Source: Geosiphon pyriformis uo1
Lineage: Eukaryota; Fungi; Glomeromycota
Assembly: GCA_016748015.1 (NCBI GenBank)
Contig: JAAOMT010000134.1
Coordinates: 1,432,757 to 1,496,756, forward strand
DNA length: 64,000 nucleotides
Reading direction: 5' to 3'
Shown here: positions 61,670-64,000 of the stretch, piece after piece
Position numbering within the stretch: position 1 is the first letter of the stretch
How the letters are laid out: each line of letters opens with the position of its first letter
Translations under genes and position numbers: made by a program
The notes under the pieces: generated by a model
Database searches by the model: none
What the model saw: the letters and a program-made list of their open reading frames with translations, nothing else
Told to the model about the DNA's origin: nothing

Positions 61670-62654
61670 TGTTACCAGAGGTTTTTAGTCTCTTTTCTTC
61701 AATGTTGTTGATGCCTGTTTGCTGTGAATTTACGTTTTTTGGATGTGGTTGAACCTCCAGTAACTGAATTTATCTTCAAATTATCTCTTATAATTTGAAC
61801 TGCTGGGCTTATAAGTGGAATGGCCAATTCCATGCCAGTTACTTTGTATAGTTACATTGTAGTAAACGTCAACTCTTTTCCAAGAATTGCTCATCTGAAA
61901 GCTCACTAAAAATGTGTAGTTACTTTGCTGTGAAAGTCAACTCTTCTACAGGAATTCTTGTCTGTAGGCTACCCAAATGATTTATAATAAGAAAAAAAAG
62001 AGAATAAAAGAAATGTAAAAAAAAAAGTAAAACTGATGATTTATGGAAGTCATTTCAGATCCAGGCCTGAAAGTGCTTTAACAGTCTAGTGAAATTGGTA
62101 GCTAATCAATTTCAACTGTTAGTAAGGTTTGGTTAATTTCAAGGGAAATAATTAAGAATTTGATTTTTCGAATTATTTGATATTTATTTTGTTTTTGTAT
62201 GTAAAGGATGATTCTAATTATTAAATCTAAAGTAAGATACATTTTCTCGAAGAGAAAAGCTCTTCTTTTATACAACTTGTCATAACACTATTCTATAAAC
62301 TTGAACTTTGCTATTTTCTATAATTTTACTGAACTAAAGATACATTTCGGCAAACTACAAGTTATTTCTGTAAACTATTAGATATTTCAGCGAACTATCA
62401 ATTATTTCGGCAAATTTTTTACAAATTTTGGCAAACTTTTTGAATGTTACATAGTTTGGGGTATTGCATAATTGATCATCACAATTAGGTTACATTTGTG
62501 TTATGTACAAATTGGGTTATTAATTAAATAATAATTTCAGATATTTTGCTAATGTAATATGTGATAATTTGAAACGATGATATATGCTAATTGATAATAA
62601 GATTTATAAGGGTAATTTCATGCTAAACAATATCTCTAATTTTGTCTGATAACA
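61670..62654 (-). repeat. Solo LTR type F (985 bp), TSD ATGT
   Basis: TGTTACC...GATAACA with exact ATGT/ATGT flanks; host gag rejoins; orientation inferred from the TATA and array positions. Confidence 0.88.
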
Positions 62655-64000
62655 ATGTACACATATTGTATCTCAACACCCTTCAAGACACAGTTACACA
62701 CACCAGAGATTTCGAGTCAGCAGAGTTAGAGGCCAATCATACTCAAGCCATAAACCTAGTAATGAACAGATTATCTGAATTGAATTCTAAGTTGAAACAA
62801 TTTAGTAATTCCATCAACCAAAAATTAAAGGGATACTTAGGTAACAATTAGGCAATCTATCAACCTCTACAATGATGCAATAATCAAGGAAATGTAAATC
62901 ATTTCCAGAATCAGTCGTGCCCATCATCCTCAACCAATCAGCAGTGGCAGTAGGAAATGCATGTTTGTCACTACTGTGGTAAACAAGGGCATTTAAGGGT
63001 TAACTGTAGGTTAAGAATAGATAACCAACAATTGGAAAATCAATATTGAAACTCCAATCACCAGTTCTTAACTCTGAATTACCAATTCAACCCAACACCA
63101 TATCAACTGACTTATTTGCTGATGACACAACAGCCAATATATTAACCACCCATATATTAATCTTCAGTCTATTAACCACAGCCACCAGTAATGTATCAAT
63201 CATTGCAGCCACAAATAATTTATCAGGCACCCACAATTCAAACACCACCATTTAACCCAGCTCAAATAACATTAGGAAATCTCAGATCCAGAGTAATCCA
63301 AAACTGGAGATCGGCAATGGTGATTCACCAACCAATTTCTATTTCATCAAATCAACCATCAAGATCACACCAGCAGAGTTTAGGAACCGGGTATAACCAA
63401 AATCCGAGTTCTCAAAACTACTTAAGTCTTCTGGTTAGCCCAGAAGATGCTGCACCCAGCATACAGGAAACCAACCAAAGGACACTTACCAACAACATTC
63501 TACCCACAACTATCTTCCACAACAAATCATTAGCCGTGATCTTTCCATTTAAACTTAAAGAACCATCAGTAACCCCTCTATTTAATGAAGCTGTCCTCGA
63601 AGAGAAACTCATCACTGCCATGTACACAGATGTCAAAGTTGATGATCAGTTCATCAAATTGATATTAAATAGTAGATCAGTTGGCAGTATCATTACAAAA
63701 CAACTCATGGACCAATTAGATCATCGAGTTGATCGAACTGCCAGCACATGTATTATCACAGCTGATGAAGCAACTAAAATTCCAATTGGCGAAATTGACA
63801 ATTTACCAATTGAAATCAATGGCATTATCATGTCCATTAAAGTTTTTGTGATAAAAGCAACACAATATCAAGCACTCATTGGCAATGACTGGTTGTCCAA
63901 AACCAATGTTGTACTGGACTGAACAACTCAAGAACTGGCACTCAGTTAGAACAGTTGACACACGTAAGTACCAGCCACATGTGACCACTTCAAGATGACC

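Larger units (their letters stand above)
59261..64000 (+). mobile_element. Family-B element 5' part (5' LTR type D 59261-60168, PBS, gag from 60228, protease), runs off the window
   Basis: TGTTACTCAT...CTGTAATA then TGGTGCT; knuckle CHYCGKQGHLRVNC near 62965; protease KLIL(D)S..GS..LIGNDWL in ORF 63191-63922. Confidence 0.92.

Overview
AT-rich eukaryotic, almost certainly fungal, genomic DNA. The repeat proteins resemble, from recall only, those of Glomeromycotina such as Geosiphon; I could not verify this. About 95% of the window is a nest of decayed retrotransposons around one intact 7-exon host gene: QTRT2-like queuine tRNA-ribosyltransferase accessory subunit, minus strand, 36263-37883, 389 aa. 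I resolve three related Ty3/gypsy-type LTR families with internal sequence (my labels A, B and C; family B carries LTR type D), two further LTR types (E and F), three copies of an RNase H-bearing LINE, and a second LINE ORF1. The most striking result is the coding architecture shared by the LTR families. Pol stops immediately after RNase H in all 6 readable copies. Integrase is a separate ORF with its own ATG, and a further uncharacterised ORF4 lies between integrase and the 3' LTR. Family A joins gag to pol through a U-UUA-AAC -1 frameshift with a downstream hairpin. Families B and C carry a Cys-rich domain plus dUTPase between protease and RT. Target-site duplications are 4 bp and always have a central pyrimidine-purine step. 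Other signals are family-specific U3 tandem arrays with apparent U3 swapping, a hairpin-loop micro-inversion that tracks chromosome strand, a recombinant element that records a large deletion, a LINE 3' UTR sitting in the QTRT2 promoter, and heavy C>T/G>A erosion that spares the host gene. Coordinates were counted by hand, and boundaries in decayed regions are approximate.
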